The notes beneath the pieces are model-generated. The model was not told the origin of the DNA. It was given only the letters and a program-made list of their open reading frames with translations, and did no database searches. This document shows positions 28,321-38,824 of a stretch of 50,715 bases of DNA, piece after piece. Both the position numbers and the translations under genes were made by a program. Source of the DNA: Hormoscilla sp. (lineage in GTDB: Bacteria > Cyanobacteriota > Cyanobacteriia > Cyanobacteriales > Desertifilaceae). The DNA lies in contig JBFRWI010000024.1 in NCBI GenBank assembly GCA_051439505.1, positions 1-50,715 on the forward strand, given 5' to 3'. Positions within the stretch are counted from its first letter, which is position 1; each line of letters opens with the position of its first letter.

Positions 28321-29535
28321 GTGGCTCAAACCACGAGAAACGTGCAAATGCAGGAACAACAGATGCATCCGAAGGACTTTTCATGGCCGTTCTGGCCCGC
28401 CGTACCACTTTACCCCTATGGCAGGCGGCGGACTCTCCGCCATGAAGTCGTTCCTGACAGGGTTTGGACTTTTGACCAGCTTCAGGGCATCTTATATGTT
28501 GTCGTGCCCATTCGCATGACGATCGCGAAACTGGATGCCGGGGGTCTTTTGGTGTACGCGCCCGTGGCCCCGACCCCGGAATGCGTGCAGTTGGTAAGGG
28601 AGTTAGAGGCAGATCACGGCCAGGTGAAGTACATCATCTTGCCAACTATTTCTGGTTTAGAACATAAAGTATTTGTCGGTCCCTTTGCCCGACAGTTTCC
28701 CCAGGCCCAGGTGTTTGTGGCCCCCCATCAATGGAGTTTTCCTCTTAATTTGCCCCTGAGTTGGCTGGGTTTTCCCCCCAAACGCACTCATATTCTCCCA
28801 GAAAATAGCAGCAAAACTCCCTTTGCTGACCAGTTTGACTATGCTATGCTGACTATTGACTTCGGACGGAGTAGGTTTGGAGAGGTGGCATTCTTAGACA
28901 GGCGATCGGGCAGTCTTCTGGTCACGGACATAGTAGTTTCGGTGCCAGAAGATCCCCCCGCGATCGCGCAATTAGATCCCTACCCTTTGCTATTCCATGC
29001 CAAGGACAGTGCCTCGGATCTCAGAGAAGATAATTGGGCCAACCGTCGCCAGGGATGGCAGCGCATCTGTCTGTTTGCTTTCTACTTCCAACCCAGTAAA
29101 TTGTCCACCATCCCCTGGTCTGATGCCTTTCGCGATGCTAAACAAGCGCCCGATCGCTCGTTAAAAGCCTATTTCGGGTTATTTCCCTTTCAGTGGCAGG
29201 CAGACTGGAGGCGATCGTTCGATGCCTTGCGAGGAAATGGGCGGCTGTTGGTGGCACCAATTCTCCAAACTCTGATTCTCAACCGGGCCCCGAGGGCAAC
29301 TCTGGACTGGGTTAATCAAATCGCGAGTTTGGATTTTCAGAGGATTATTCCCTGCCATTTTCAAAAGGCAATCGCGGTCGGACCAGAACAGTTTCGCGAA
29401 GCATTCTCCTTTCTGGAAAAACAACCCGAATGTAGTAATTATCCCTTACCCCAGGAGGACTTTCAACTTCTTCAGGACATCAATGCAGGTTTACAAAAGT
29501 TTGGGATATTGCCCCCCGCCCAGGATAAACTGTAG
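28321..29535 (+). CDS. DUF4336 family protein
   Basis: WTFDQLQG, VPIRMT, VYAPVAPT, GLEHKVF, IIPCHF; start may be 28348 or 28363. Confidence 0.85.
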   Translation: MAQTTRNVQMQEQQMHPKDFSWPFWPAVPLYPYGRRRTLRHEVVPDRVWTFDQLQGILYVVVPIRMTIAKLDAGGLLVYAPVAPTPECVQLVRELEADHGQVKYIILPTISGLEHKVFVGPFARQFPQAQVFVAPHQWSFPLNLPLSWLGFPPKRTHILPENSSKTPFADQFDYAMLTIDFGRSRFGEVAFLDRRSGSLLVTDIVVSVPEDPPAIAQLDPYPLLFHAKDSASDLREDNWANRRQGWQRICLFAFYFQPSKLSTIPWSDAFRDAKQAPDRSLKAYFGLFPFQWQADWRRSFDALRGNGRLLVAPILQTLILNRAPRATLDWVNQIASLDFQRIIPCHFQKAIAVGPEQFREAFSFLEKQPECSNYPLPQEDFQLLQDINAGLQKFGILPPAQDKL

Positions 29536-29558
29536 GTAGGAGATAGGATAGCACTCCT

Positions 29559-30071
29559 ATGAAACTTCAACATATTAGTCAAGCAGAATTCAATCAGATT
29601 GAAGGAGTGCGTCGGATAATAGTCCATGACTGCCCTCATCAATTTGCCCTCCTAGATTTAGGCGAACCCTTGGGGCATTATGGAATCAGTTGGAGAAGTT
29701 CCCCCATCATTCAACCCGTTATTATACCATCAAAGGATGAGCTTACCCTCTGGGTAGGAGTGGACCAACATTTAGCAGCAATAGATTTGCGATCGGGTCG
29801 CATTCGTTTATCTATGGCAATGCACGAAAATATATTCAATATTTTCACGATGGAGTTTCGGACCATTGTCCTCACAGAACTGGAACTGTTACTTTTCAAT
29901 AATCATGATTGCTCGATCGAGTCGATCGAGGACTTACCGGAAATAGCAGCAGGGATGACAGTTGCCGGTTCAGATCTAGTAATTGGATTAATAGATGGAC
30001 GGAGCTTGACATTAAATCTCGAAACCTGTAAACTGCAAGTAGTCAGCGATCGGATGTTAGTGGTTAATTGA
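29559..30071 (+). CDS. hypothetical protein
   Basis: 170-aa beta-rich ORF with upstream AGGA. Confidence 0.65.
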   Translation: MKLQHISQAEFNQIEGVRRIIVHDCPHQFALLDLGEPLGHYGISWRSSPIIQPVIIPSKDELTLWVGVDQHLAAIDLRSGRIRLSMAMHENIFNIFTMEFRTIVLTELELLLFNNHDCSIESIEDLPEIAAGMTVAGSDLVIGLIDGRSLTLNLETCKLQVVSDRMLVVN

Positions 30072-30299
30072 ACTATGAAGCAGTATATCGCCTACAACCT
30101 GGTATTAGGAATTGTGAATGTCAGCCAGAAGCGGAAGTAGGAACTTAGTCGTCCTTTCGCAGATTTGGAAAAACAGTGTTACAAATCTTCAGCATTATTC
30201 TATTAGTGGGTTTTAACCCACTTAAGCTATTAGCCGGGGGTTTGAACCCCCGGCGGGCCAGGAGACCGATCGAGAAACCAAACATTCAACAAGAAAAAT

Positions 30300-31043
30300 A
30301 TGGCACAGTCAAACCAACCCAGAGAACAAGAAAATAATCAGCGGATCCTCTCAGCATCCCTTTGGATCCTGTCAGCCCTCTACATTTATATCCTGTTTTT
30401 CTCGCCACCGGGGCAGCTAGTTCCCGGGGAACCGGTCTGGGCAATTCAACCCCAGACAATTAAAGAGGTGCTAAATGAATCAATCAATTTCTTTTTCATT
30501 CTGCCCATGTTAAATGCTGTGGGCATTAAAATCATGGAATCCCCAGTGGAACCTCCGGCATCCGAAGCCCTATTTAACTTCGCTGAAGCCTGGATATTCA
30601 TGTTTTTGCCCCTGCTGCTGGCCGATCGTCGCGGTCGGGAATTTACTAAGATCTTAATTTGGGGTTTCGCAATGTTCCTCACCAATAGTTTCCTGGCTCC
30701 TTATATGGCAGTGCTGACAACTGCTACTCCCGAGGAAACCGACAACCGGACTAGCAAAGGTTTATTAGCTCGCATATTTGGTTGGACGGGACTCCTCGTG
30801 GGGACGGGAGCCTTAATTTGGGGAATGCTGGGCCGACCGGAATTTGGAGACTTGACCCAGAGGGCACAATACTTTATCCAGTCCTTTCATACAAACCGAC
30901 TGACAGTTGCTTTCTGTGTAGATCTATTGCTCTTTAGCATCTTCCAAGCTATGCTGATTGGCAAGATTGAGCCACCCGATAGTGGAAAACGTTGGTTAAG
31001 ATTTATTCCCTTCTGGGGTCTCGCCACTTGGCTAATTGTGTGA
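30300..31043 (+). CDS. integral membrane protein (DUF2834-like)
   Basis: Multiple TM segments, ALFNFAEAW, AMFLTN..L.PY, IPFWGL. Confidence 0.7.
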   Translation: MAQSNQPREQENNQRILSASLWILSALYIYILFFSPPGQLVPGEPVWAIQPQTIKEVLNESINFFFILPMLNAVGIKIMESPVEPPASEALFNFAEAWIFMFLPLLLADRRGREFTKILIWGFAMFLTNSFLAPYMAVLTTATPEETDNRTSKGLLARIFGWTGLLVGTGALIWGMLGRPEFGDLTQRAQYFIQSFHTNRLTVAFCVDLLLFSIFQAMLIGKIEPPDSGKRWLRFIPFWGLATWLIV

Positions 31044-31062
31044 AATAATTTCTGGCATTACT

Positions 31063-31172
31063 CTCGTGACCAGGCTCCGGCCTGGTCACGAATGCCAGAG
31101 GCTCTGCCTCCTGTGCTCCCAATGGAGGCAGAGCCTCCCAACTGCGTTCCCAGGGAGACCCTGGGAACCAGA
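31063..31172. repeat. dispersed MITE-like repeat family D
   Basis: ctcgt..cagg...cctg...gaggctctgcctcc...ggaggcagagcctc...gggaac; related copies at 32949-33055, 45020-45125, partial at 45402-45428. Confidence 0.75.
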
Positions 31173-31199
31173 GATAGTAAAAACAGGAAAGCTTAATAT

Positions 31200-32183
31200 A
31201 TGGAACAAACAAAGCAAGCACTCTCCCTGCCCATCATGGGGTGCGGGACTTGGGCCTGGGGAAACAGGCTGCTATGGGGATATGATGAAAGTATGGACGA
31301 CCAGTTACAAGGGGTCTTTAACCTTTGTGTCGGAAACGGCGTTACCCTATTCGATACCGGTGATTCCTATGGCACCGGGAAACTTAACGGACGCAGTGAA
31401 ATGTTGCTGGGACGCTTTTCTCGGGAATATCTTGGTGTCAACAAAGACAATATTTGTATTGCTACCAAACTGGCCGCTTATCCCTGGAGATTGACCAGAA
31501 AGTCAATGGTTGCTGCTGGCAATGCCTCGGCTCAACGCTTGGGCAGAAATGTGGATCTCGTACAAATGCATTGGTCTACGGCCAACTATGCTCCCTGGCA
31601 AGAAGGTCCCCTATTGGATGGCCTTGCCGATCTCTACCAACAAGGATTGGTCAAGGGAGTCGGTCTATCTAATTATGGACCAAAACGGCTGCAAAAAGTA
31701 CAGCAAAAGTTTCGCGATCGGGGAGTGCCGATCGCCACCCTGCAAGTGCAATATTCCTTACTGTCCACCTATCCCGTCACCGAACTGGGAATTAAACAAG
31801 TCTGCGACGAACAAGGAATCAAACTAATTGCCTACAGTCCCCTGGCCTTGGGCATCTTGACCGGCAAATATTCCGAGAATGGTCCATTGCCCAAAGGCAT
31901 TCGCGGTCGGCTGTTTCGGCAACTATTGCCCAAAGTTAAAACAATTTTAGAAACAGTGCGATCGATCGCCCAGTCAAGGAACAAGACCATGTCCCAAGTA
32001 GCAATTAACTGGTGTATAGCTAAAGGCACAATTCCCATTCCCGGGGCCAAGAACCTAGAACAGGCCCAGGAAAATATTGGTGCATTAGGTTGGCAATTAG
32101 ACTCTGGCGAGATCGCGGAATTAGATCGAGCAGCAGCCAGTTTAGATAAAAAGATGGTGCAAAACATCTTTCAGACCAAATAA
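31200..32183 (+). CDS. aldo/keto reductase
   Basis: GCGTWAWG, FDTGDSYG, IATK, QMHW, VGLSNYG, QVQYSLL, AYSPLA, IPGAK. Confidence 0.93.
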   Translation: MEQTKQALSLPIMGCGTWAWGNRLLWGYDESMDDQLQGVFNLCVGNGVTLFDTGDSYGTGKLNGRSEMLLGRFSREYLGVNKDNICIATKLAAYPWRLTRKSMVAAGNASAQRLGRNVDLVQMHWSTANYAPWQEGPLLDGLADLYQQGLVKGVGLSNYGPKRLQKVQQKFRDRGVPIATLQVQYSLLSTYPVTELGIKQVCDEQGIKLIAYSPLALGILTGKYSENGPLPKGIRGRLFRQLLPKVKTILETVRSIAQSRNKTMSQVAINWCIAKGTIPIPGAKNLEQAQENIGALGWQLDSGEIAELDRAAASLDKKMVQNIFQTK

Positions 32184-32264
32184 TACCAATTCTGGTAGAA
32201 ATTTTTAATTATCAAAAAAGGTGGGTTTAAACCCACCGATGCTAAAATTTAAATTTCCGACTAG

Positions 32265-32519
32265 CTAGTAATATTTAGATTCTGGTTCTGGTTGCAGCAT
32301 AGGCATGTCAAAATTAGAGCGATCGTAGAGAAATCGGATAGATTCTTCCTCTAACCGATGTAGATGAAAAGGCTCGATCGCGCTAGAATGCCTCAATGCG
32401 GCCAAATAGCCATCCAAATAGAGGCGCAAATCATCAAAGCGATAACCTTGGTTCCACATTTGGACGAAGGCATCAGTTAGTTTTTGGTAAAGGCGAATGG
32501 TTTGAGCATTCTGAAGCAT
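32265..32519 (-). CDS. small conserved cyanobacterial protein (DUF6761-like)
   Basis: MLQNAQTIRLYQKLTDA...YLDGYLAALR...HRLEEE; divergent from nrrA. Confidence 0.7.
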   Translation of the reverse strand: MLQNAQTIRLYQKLTDAFVQMWNQGYRFDDLRLYLDGYLAALRHSSAIEPFHLHRLEEESIRFLYDRSNFDMPMLQPEPESKYY

Positions 32520-33120
32520 GGTAGTAATCTCCTAATCAGTTACTAAGTTAATTGTCAGGGGGGGGTAAAAAGCAGATCGACTGTCCAGAAAGGCTCTTGC
32601 AGCAAGGGCCAACATCTACCCAACCCATAGCTAAGTCCTTCTATATCTACTTCACCGAGTCCGGATCTTGTGACAACTCCTGGTACTGCCGACCGGATGC
32701 CATGCCATAAAATAGAAGTCGGGGCATACCTCCGCACCTCGGCAGCCCCGACCTTTACTTTCAAGTCATACTTGCTCCTGTCAGGCAGCGGCCCACCCCA
32801 GAGCGGCTCGCAGGCCCTAGGGAAATTCGGGTTCCCCAGGCCCGTTCGGGACTGCTTGTCAATAGAAGGTACCTTTTTGGAAAAATAGGACATCTACTTC
32901 GACCCTGACTACTCGCTCCCATTGTAACGAAACTTTACCCTCCTTACCCTCGTTACCAGGTTCCAGCCTGGTAACAAAATGCTGGAGGCAGAGCCTCCGG
33001 TGGTCCGAAGGTCGGCGATCCCCACCTGTTGGCAGCTCGACCCTGCCCGGGAGAGCATATGTATATATACTCAAGCAAAAATAACTATAAACTAGGAACT
33101 ACGAATTTAGAAATACAACT

Positions 33121-33162
33121 GTAGCAACAGATACAATATTCTGAAAAAAAATTTGTTATCAT
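33121..33162 (+). promoter_or_regulatory. NtcA-activated promoter of nrrA
   Basis: tGTA-gcaacaga-TACa (33121-33134), 22-nt spacer, -10 TATCAT (33157-33162): canonical GTA-N8-TAC-N22-TAN3T. Confidence 0.85.
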
Positions 33163-33190
33163 ATCAGCAAAAATTGAAGGGAAGTCGCTT

Positions 33191-33919
33191 GTGGGATCTC
33201 CGGGTATTCAGATAATAGAAGGAAATCTGATGCTGCGATCGCTCATAGCCTGGCACTTGCAGCAAGCCGGACACCGGGTGCATCAATCAGCTGAATTGCG
33301 TCAGGCCAGAGAGACATACAAACAGTACCAACCGACTCTGGTAATTCTCGACTCTGATGCCGATGGCGATGGCCTCCAGTTTTGCCAGTGGCTGCACCAG
33401 CAGCAAGAATCGTTAATTTTGATCCTATCTGCCCGGAACACAGAAACAGATATTGTCACTGGCCTCAAGGCTGGCGCAGACGATTATCTCACCAAGCCTT
33501 TTGGCATTCAAGAGTTTCTTGCGAGAGTAGAAGCGCTGCTGCGACGCCAGAAAAGTCCGGCACCACCGGCAATGCTTGACTACGGCCACCTGAAAATTGA
33601 CTTAGTGCAGAGGCGCGTATGGTTAAAAGGAGAGTTGATTGAGTTGACGCCCCAAGAATTCAGTCTCCTCTATGCCCTAGCTCAGGTGGGCGGACTACCT
33701 CTCAGTCGTACAGAATTGCTACAAAGAGCTTGGCCAGATGCCATTGATAATCCCCGTACCGTCGATACTCATATATTGTCCCTGCGTAAGAAAGTGGAAG
33801 CAGACCCCCGACAACCGACCCTGATCCAGACGGTACGCAAAGTCGGCTATCGGTTCAACGGGGAAATTCTCAACCTTAATTCCGGACATAAGTCCAGCCT
33901 CGATCGCAAGCAAGCCTAA
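33191..33919 (+). CDS. nrrA: nitrogen-regulated OmpR-family response regulator NrrA (Rre37)
   Basis: IQIIEGN..LRSLIAWHLQQ, GADDYLTKPFG, LTPQEFSLLY, RAWPDAIDNPRT; NtcA box upstream. Confidence 0.85.
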   Translation: MGSPGIQIIEGNLMLRSLIAWHLQQAGHRVHQSAELRQARETYKQYQPTLVILDSDADGDGLQFCQWLHQQQESLILILSARNTETDIVTGLKAGADDYLTKPFGIQEFLARVEALLRRQKSPAPPAMLDYGHLKIDLVQRRVWLKGELIELTPQEFSLLYALAQVGGLPLSRTELLQRAWPDAIDNPRTVDTHILSLRKKVEADPRQPTLIQTVRKVGYRFNGEILNLNSGHKSSLDRKQA

Positions 33920-34028
33920 AATTCACTCTTTTGCTCAGAAACCCGGTTTTTGCCAAAAACAGAGTTTCTTAATTTATAATTGAGATAATCCCCACCAGGC
34001 AGAGCAGAATAGGGCAGAAGATTAAGGT

Positions 34029-36866
34029 ATGATTATGCAATATATAAATAGCCCCAGAGAAACTTATGAGATCGGTAAAATCAAGCAGACATATTCAGAG
34101 TCAGGCCCAAGAGAACTGGAATCGGAACTTGTCGAGATCCTGGAGAGGATGGCAGATGCCTTTTTGCTCTTGGATAAGCAATGGCGGTTTACCTATCTGA
34201 ATCATCAAGCAGAAATAGCATTAGAGCAAAGGCATTCCGAGTTGCTGGGCAAGAAAGTCTGGGATGTCTTTGATGCCGAAGACCCGTTTTTTACAGCATA
34301 TAAAAAAGCAGTTACCACTCAATCAGTGGAAAAATTTACAGCTTTTCATGCCCCCACAGCCAAATGGTTTGAGGTCCGCGCTTATCCCAGTGCATCTGGG
34401 TTATCAGTTTTCCTTCAGGATATCACGGAGCACAAGCAGAATTTAGCACGACTAGAATTATTAGAAGCAGCGATCGCGGCTAGCAGTAACGGGGTAGTGA
34501 TTAGCGACATGTTAGCAGCAGACCAGCCGCTCATCTATTGTAACCCTGCTTTTGAAAAGCTGACCGGCTATGGACCGTCAGATATTATCGGACGCAACTG
34601 TAGATTTTTGCAAGGACCGGATACGGACCAAACTGAAGTTGATAAAATTCGCGCCTGCATCCGGGAAGGCAAGAACGGGAGAGTCGTCCTCAAGAATTAT
34701 CGCAAAGATGGCACGCCGTTTTGGAATGAGCTGATCATTTCGCCAGTGCGAGATCGTAGCGGTCAAGTGACTCACTTTATTGGCGTGCAAAAAGATATCA
34801 CCGCCCGCAGGCAAGCAGAAGCAGCACTGCGCAAAAGCGAAGCAAGATTCCAAAGACTAGCAGCTAACGTACCGGGCATGATTTATCAATTCCGACTCAG
34901 TGGGGATGGGTCAATGTCTTTCCCCTACTTGAGTCCTGGTTGCCTGGAACTATTGGAAATAGACCCAACAGTAGGCCAGTCTAATATATCTCTAATGCTA
35001 GATGTAATTCATCCGCGCGATCGCCAAAGTTTTGACGATTCTGTAGCAGTCTCCGCTGCTACCCTGGCACCCTGGCGTTGGCAAGGACGGTTCATCACTC
35101 CTAGCGGTAAGCTTAAGTGGCTGCAAGCTGCTTCCCGTCCAGAAAAGCAAGCTAATGGAGATATAATCTGGGATGGTTTGATGATCGATATTAGCGATCG
35201 CATATTGGCCGAAGAGAAACTGCGCAAAAGCGAAGCAAACCTGGCAGAGGCGCAAAAGGTAGCACATATAGGCAGTTGGGAATTAGATGTGGCTACAAAA
35301 GCAGTGACCTGGTCAGCAGAAATATTCGGCATTTTCGGACTAGACCCAATGGCAGCCGCACCAACATTCTCAGACCGACAAATTCACCCAGGTGACAGAG
35401 AGTTGTGGCTCGAAAGTATGCAGCAAGGTTTGACAGAGGGAAAACCTTACGAACTGGACGTGAGAATTATCCGACCGGACGGCCAAATCAGATACGTGCA
35501 AGCTAAAGGAAAACCGACATTAAATGCAGAAGGTCAGGTGACGAAGCTGTTTAACACGGTTCTGGATATCACAGAACGCAAGCAGACGGAAGCAGCTTTA
35601 TGGCAACATATTCAGATGCTGGATCTGGCTAATGATACGATTATGATTCAAGAGCTGGATGGCACGGTGGTTTACTGGAATCAAGGTGCGGAGCAGCTGT
35701 ATGGTTGGAAGAAAAAAGAGGCGATCGGGGCGAATGTTCACAGCTTATTGCAAACAGTCTGGCCACAAGACTCCCTAGATGGGGCTAAAAACAGATGTAT
35801 AGAGAGAGGATATTGGCAAGGGGAACTGCTGCATACTAAACGGGATGGCCAGCAAATCACCGTGGCCAGTCGCTGGACGTTGCAACGAGACGAGAACGGC
35901 GATCCTTTCGCCATTCTGGAAATTAATAATGATATTACAGAACGCAAGCAGGCGGAAGTGGCATTGCGGGAAGCTTCTCAAAGGGAACGGGAAAAAGCTT
36001 TGCAACTGGAGAGGACTTTGCAGGAGTTGCAACGCACTCAAACCCAGCTAGTGCAAAATGAAAAAATGATCAGCCTGGGTCAGATAGTTGCGGGAGTTGC
36101 CCATGAAATTAATAACCCCGTCAGTTTTATCTATAGCAACCTCACCCATGCGGATATCTATGCTCGGGATATTCTAGAGCTGCTACAGCTCTATCAGCAG
36201 TACTACCCCGACCCGACACCGGAAATAGAGGCGATCGCCTCTGACATAGAACTAGATTTTCTCACAGAAGACTTTCCCAGATTAATGGACTCGATGAAGG
36301 TCGGGGCGGAACGGATCCGCCAGATCGTCCTGTCTCTGCGCAACTTCTCGCGACTGGATGAAGCTTCCTTCAAGCAAGTTAATATTCACGAAGGTCTGGA
36401 GAGTACCCTGCTGATCTTGCAGCACCGACTGCATGGGACCACCCCAGGAAACCTAGTAGGTCGGAAAATTCAGGTGATTAAAGAGTATGGCGACTTGCCG
36501 CCAGTGCAATGCTACCCTGGGGAACTCAATCAGGTATTTATGAATATCCTCGCTAATGCGATCGATGCCTTAGAGGAATGCCAGAACATCTCCAACCCCC
36601 AGATCCGGATTACCACTCAACTGATAGAGGGGCAACGGGTACGCATCTCGATCGCTGACAATGGCCCGGGCATGACCGAGTCGGTACAGTTGCGCCTATT
36701 TGACCCCTTCTTTACCAGTAAACCGGTAGGTAAGGGCACCGGTCTGGGGTTGTCAATCAGCTATCAGACGGTGGTGGAACAGCATCATGGCCATCTGAGC
36801 TGTGTGTCTGCACCGGACTTGGGAGCTGAGTTTATCATTGAGATTCCCCTCAAGCAACAATCTTGA
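34029..36866 (+). CDS. multi-PAS histidine kinase containing a LOV domain
   Basis: GRNCRFLQG plus NYRKDGTPFWN; four further PAS domains; AHEINNP, DNGPG, FFTSKPVGKGTGLGL. Confidence 0.92.
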   Translation: MIMQYINSPRETYEIGKIKQTYSESGPRELESELVEILERMADAFLLLDKQWRFTYLNHQAEIALEQRHSELLGKKVWDVFDAEDPFFTAYKKAVTTQSVEKFTAFHAPTAKWFEVRAYPSASGLSVFLQDITEHKQNLARLELLEAAIAASSNGVVISDMLAADQPLIYCNPAFEKLTGYGPSDIIGRNCRFLQGPDTDQTEVDKIRACIREGKNGRVVLKNYRKDGTPFWNELIISPVRDRSGQVTHFIGVQKDITARRQAEAALRKSEARFQRLAANVPGMIYQFRLSGDGSMSFPYLSPGCLELLEIDPTVGQSNISLMLDVIHPRDRQSFDDSVAVSAATLAPWRWQGRFITPSGKLKWLQAASRPEKQANGDIIWDGLMIDISDRILAEEKLRKSEANLAEAQKVAHIGSWELDVATKAVTWSAEIFGIFGLDPMAAAPTFSDRQIHPGDRELWLESMQQGLTEGKPYELDVRIIRPDGQIRYVQAKGKPTLNAEGQVTKLFNTVLDITERKQTEAALWQHIQMLDLANDTIMIQELDGTVVYWNQGAEQLYGWKKKEAIGANVHSLLQTVWPQDSLDGAKNRCIERGYWQGELLHTKRDGQQITVASRWTLQRDENGDPFAILEINNDITERKQAEVALREASQREREKALQLERTLQELQRTQTQLVQNEKMISLGQIVAGVAHEINNPVSFIYSNLTHADIYARDILELLQLYQQYYPDPTPEIEAIASDIELDFLTEDFPRLMDSMKVGAERIRQIVLSLRNFSRLDEASFKQVNIHEGLESTLLILQHRLHGTTPGNLVGRKIQVIKEYGDLPPVQCYPGELNQVFMNILANAIDALEECQNISNPQIRITTQLIEGQRVRISIADNGPGMTESVQLRLFDPFFTSKPVGKGTGLGLSISYQTVVEQHHGHLSCVSAPDLGAEFIIEIPLKQQS

Positions 36867-37050
36867 TGACTATCACCGGTAGTTACGTGATGGCGATCGC
36901 AGTGATGGAGATTATCGATCACCTGACTCTTCAAAGAGCGTCACGTAACCATAATACTGCGATCACGGCAATATCTAGAGAAACAGCCCATACTTAAAAA
37001 TATCAGGATAGTCAAAGAAAACACCAGAGTTGCTCTAGGAGATAGTTGCC

Positions 37051-37449
37051 ATGTTGTCCCAATCAAGTCAAGACGATCGCGTTCTAGCTCAAGACTTTTA
37101 TCGAGCTTTATTTAATCTTTTCTATGAGTCTTGCGATCCTTTAATTCAGCTACTTCTGAAATATTGTACCTTTGGCATTGCTCCCAGCGATCGCGGACAG
37201 AGAACCTTTTTTATCATTGCTCCCGACCAGGAAATGGCCGAGGAACTGGTCGAGGAGATTGATAGCATTGTTAAACAAGTGTCCCGGCTCACTGTGGGAG
37301 TGAAGCAGACTGCCATTTGCTTTGTGCCCGATGAAAAACAGTCAGCTTACTGTGCGATGAACTACGACCCCAGTCAAATTCCATCTAATTTTCTCATGGG
37401 TCAAATCTTCGACAACCATTCCTGGGTAGAAGAAGATATCCTTGATTAA
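37051..37449 (+). CDS. hypothetical protein
   Basis: 132-aa ORF with upstream AGGAG. Confidence 0.7.
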   Translation: MLSQSSQDDRVLAQDFYRALFNLFYESCDPLIQLLLKYCTFGIAPSDRGQRTFFIIAPDQEMAEELVEEIDSIVKQVSRLTVGVKQTAICFVPDEKQSAYCAMNYDPSQIPSNFLMGQIFDNHSWVEEDILD

Positions 37450-37562
37450 TTAGTCCTGGCAAATGACGAATAGTTGTGAATTTGACAATTGCCTCAGTCC
37501 TGGCCGATCGCTTGACTATTCTTTCCCCTGTCGAGCGATCGACCGATTTAACTTATGTCAAA

Positions 37563-38429
37563 TTAATTGTTTTTTCTGGCTTCGTGGGAGCAAACATCTC
37601 CCGTCGGGTCGTCGGTAGTGCGCACCAAAGATTCCATTTCCACGATTTGCCAGAAAAAGGTAATGCCGATGATCAGTTCGACGTTATCTTGGGTGCGGGC
37701 CTCAAAATCGTACCACATAAAGCGGGGACGACCGTCAATATGGGTCAGAAACAGGTCTCGGCGATCTTTGTAAATGCCACTCGACCAGCAGAATTCTACT
37801 AATTCCGAGTGGGGTTCCAGGAAAAACGCCCGATCGGGATCGGTGCCGCGCTTAAAAATATAGGCTCCCGATCGGTCTTTAATCACAACAGTCTGGTGAT
37901 TTTCCAGGACGATCCGATCGATCACTTCGACAATTTCTTGGTTGGCAGCAGGAAAGAAAACTTGCGGTGTGGATATCAATTCTAGCTCCCCAGTTCTAGT
38001 ATCTCTGAGCAACACTGCTGTATGCTCGTCAATATTAATTCCTTCTCGAACGCCTTCAAGTAGTTTTTCCGTGGGGTTGAGATAAACTGCACCTTCGCCC
38101 CGTTCTACCCTGATTGCGCCGTTGCTGCTGTCTAGGATGCGGATATACTGATTATTTTTCAGGGTAATTGCCGAGAGAGTTTCGATAACTTCTTCGGTAG
38201 CTGTGAGTAAATAGAGTTTGGGACCCAATTCGTTGCGCAACTCGCCAGTGATGCTATCGCGGATCCGCAGATATTCTCCAGGTCCGAGAATGGTTCCCTT
38301 ACGCCGGCGCAACCGCCAACCCGGCCTGGAAAAGAACACTTTCGGGCCATTAACGATCCAGCGGCGAGTAAATCCTTCGACTAGCAGTTGTTCGTCTTCT
38401 TTGAGAAAAGATATCCAGGGGATAATCAT
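37563..38429 (-). pseudogene. major vault protein-like repeats plus start of an SPFH/shoulder domain, apparently C-terminally truncated
   Basis: Repeated LxxxxYxRIxDxxxGxxRxExGP units; RTQDNVEL..ITFFWQI...DPTGDVCSH, then abrupt EARKNN*. Confidence 0.6.
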
Positions 38430-38662
38430 AATAGCCTAACAAATGCAAGAGGTATTTATATTATAGCATCAATGTTGGCATATTTGGGTTGCCCTAAACC
38501 ATTACCTCGCTGCGATTATTACCGCGTTCGGTGATATTTATGGTCGGTCCGAATTTTTGACAGATCAAGGGTTTAGGCTATGTTTACTCCCAGTTGAGCG
38601 GGAGATTTGCCGCGAATGTAAGACTACAGAAAAGCAGAAAGTCATAAAAATGTAAAAAATCC

Positions 38663-38788
38663 TTGACAAATCATTTTTATCCACTTACCATAGCAATGTA
38701 GGCGATCGCCCCCGGTGCATCAGATTGAGGACCGCTAGAGAAAAAATAGTCTACAGGGGTTGCTAAAAAGTGAGTTTCCAGGTAAGAT
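38663..38788 (+). promoter_or_regulatory. two tandem sigma70-type promoters upstream of the kamA fragment
   Basis: TTGACA-17-TACCAT (38663-38691) and TTGCTA-17-TAAGAT (38760-38788). Confidence 0.5.
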
Positions 38789-38824
38789 TAGGGGCGTAAT
38801 CTATCATAATCGAGCAAGTAGAGC

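Noticed and set aside
38520..38800. CRISPR leader or rRNA/tRNA promoter region
   Set aside because: AT-rich with tandem promoters, but no repeat array or structural RNA follows
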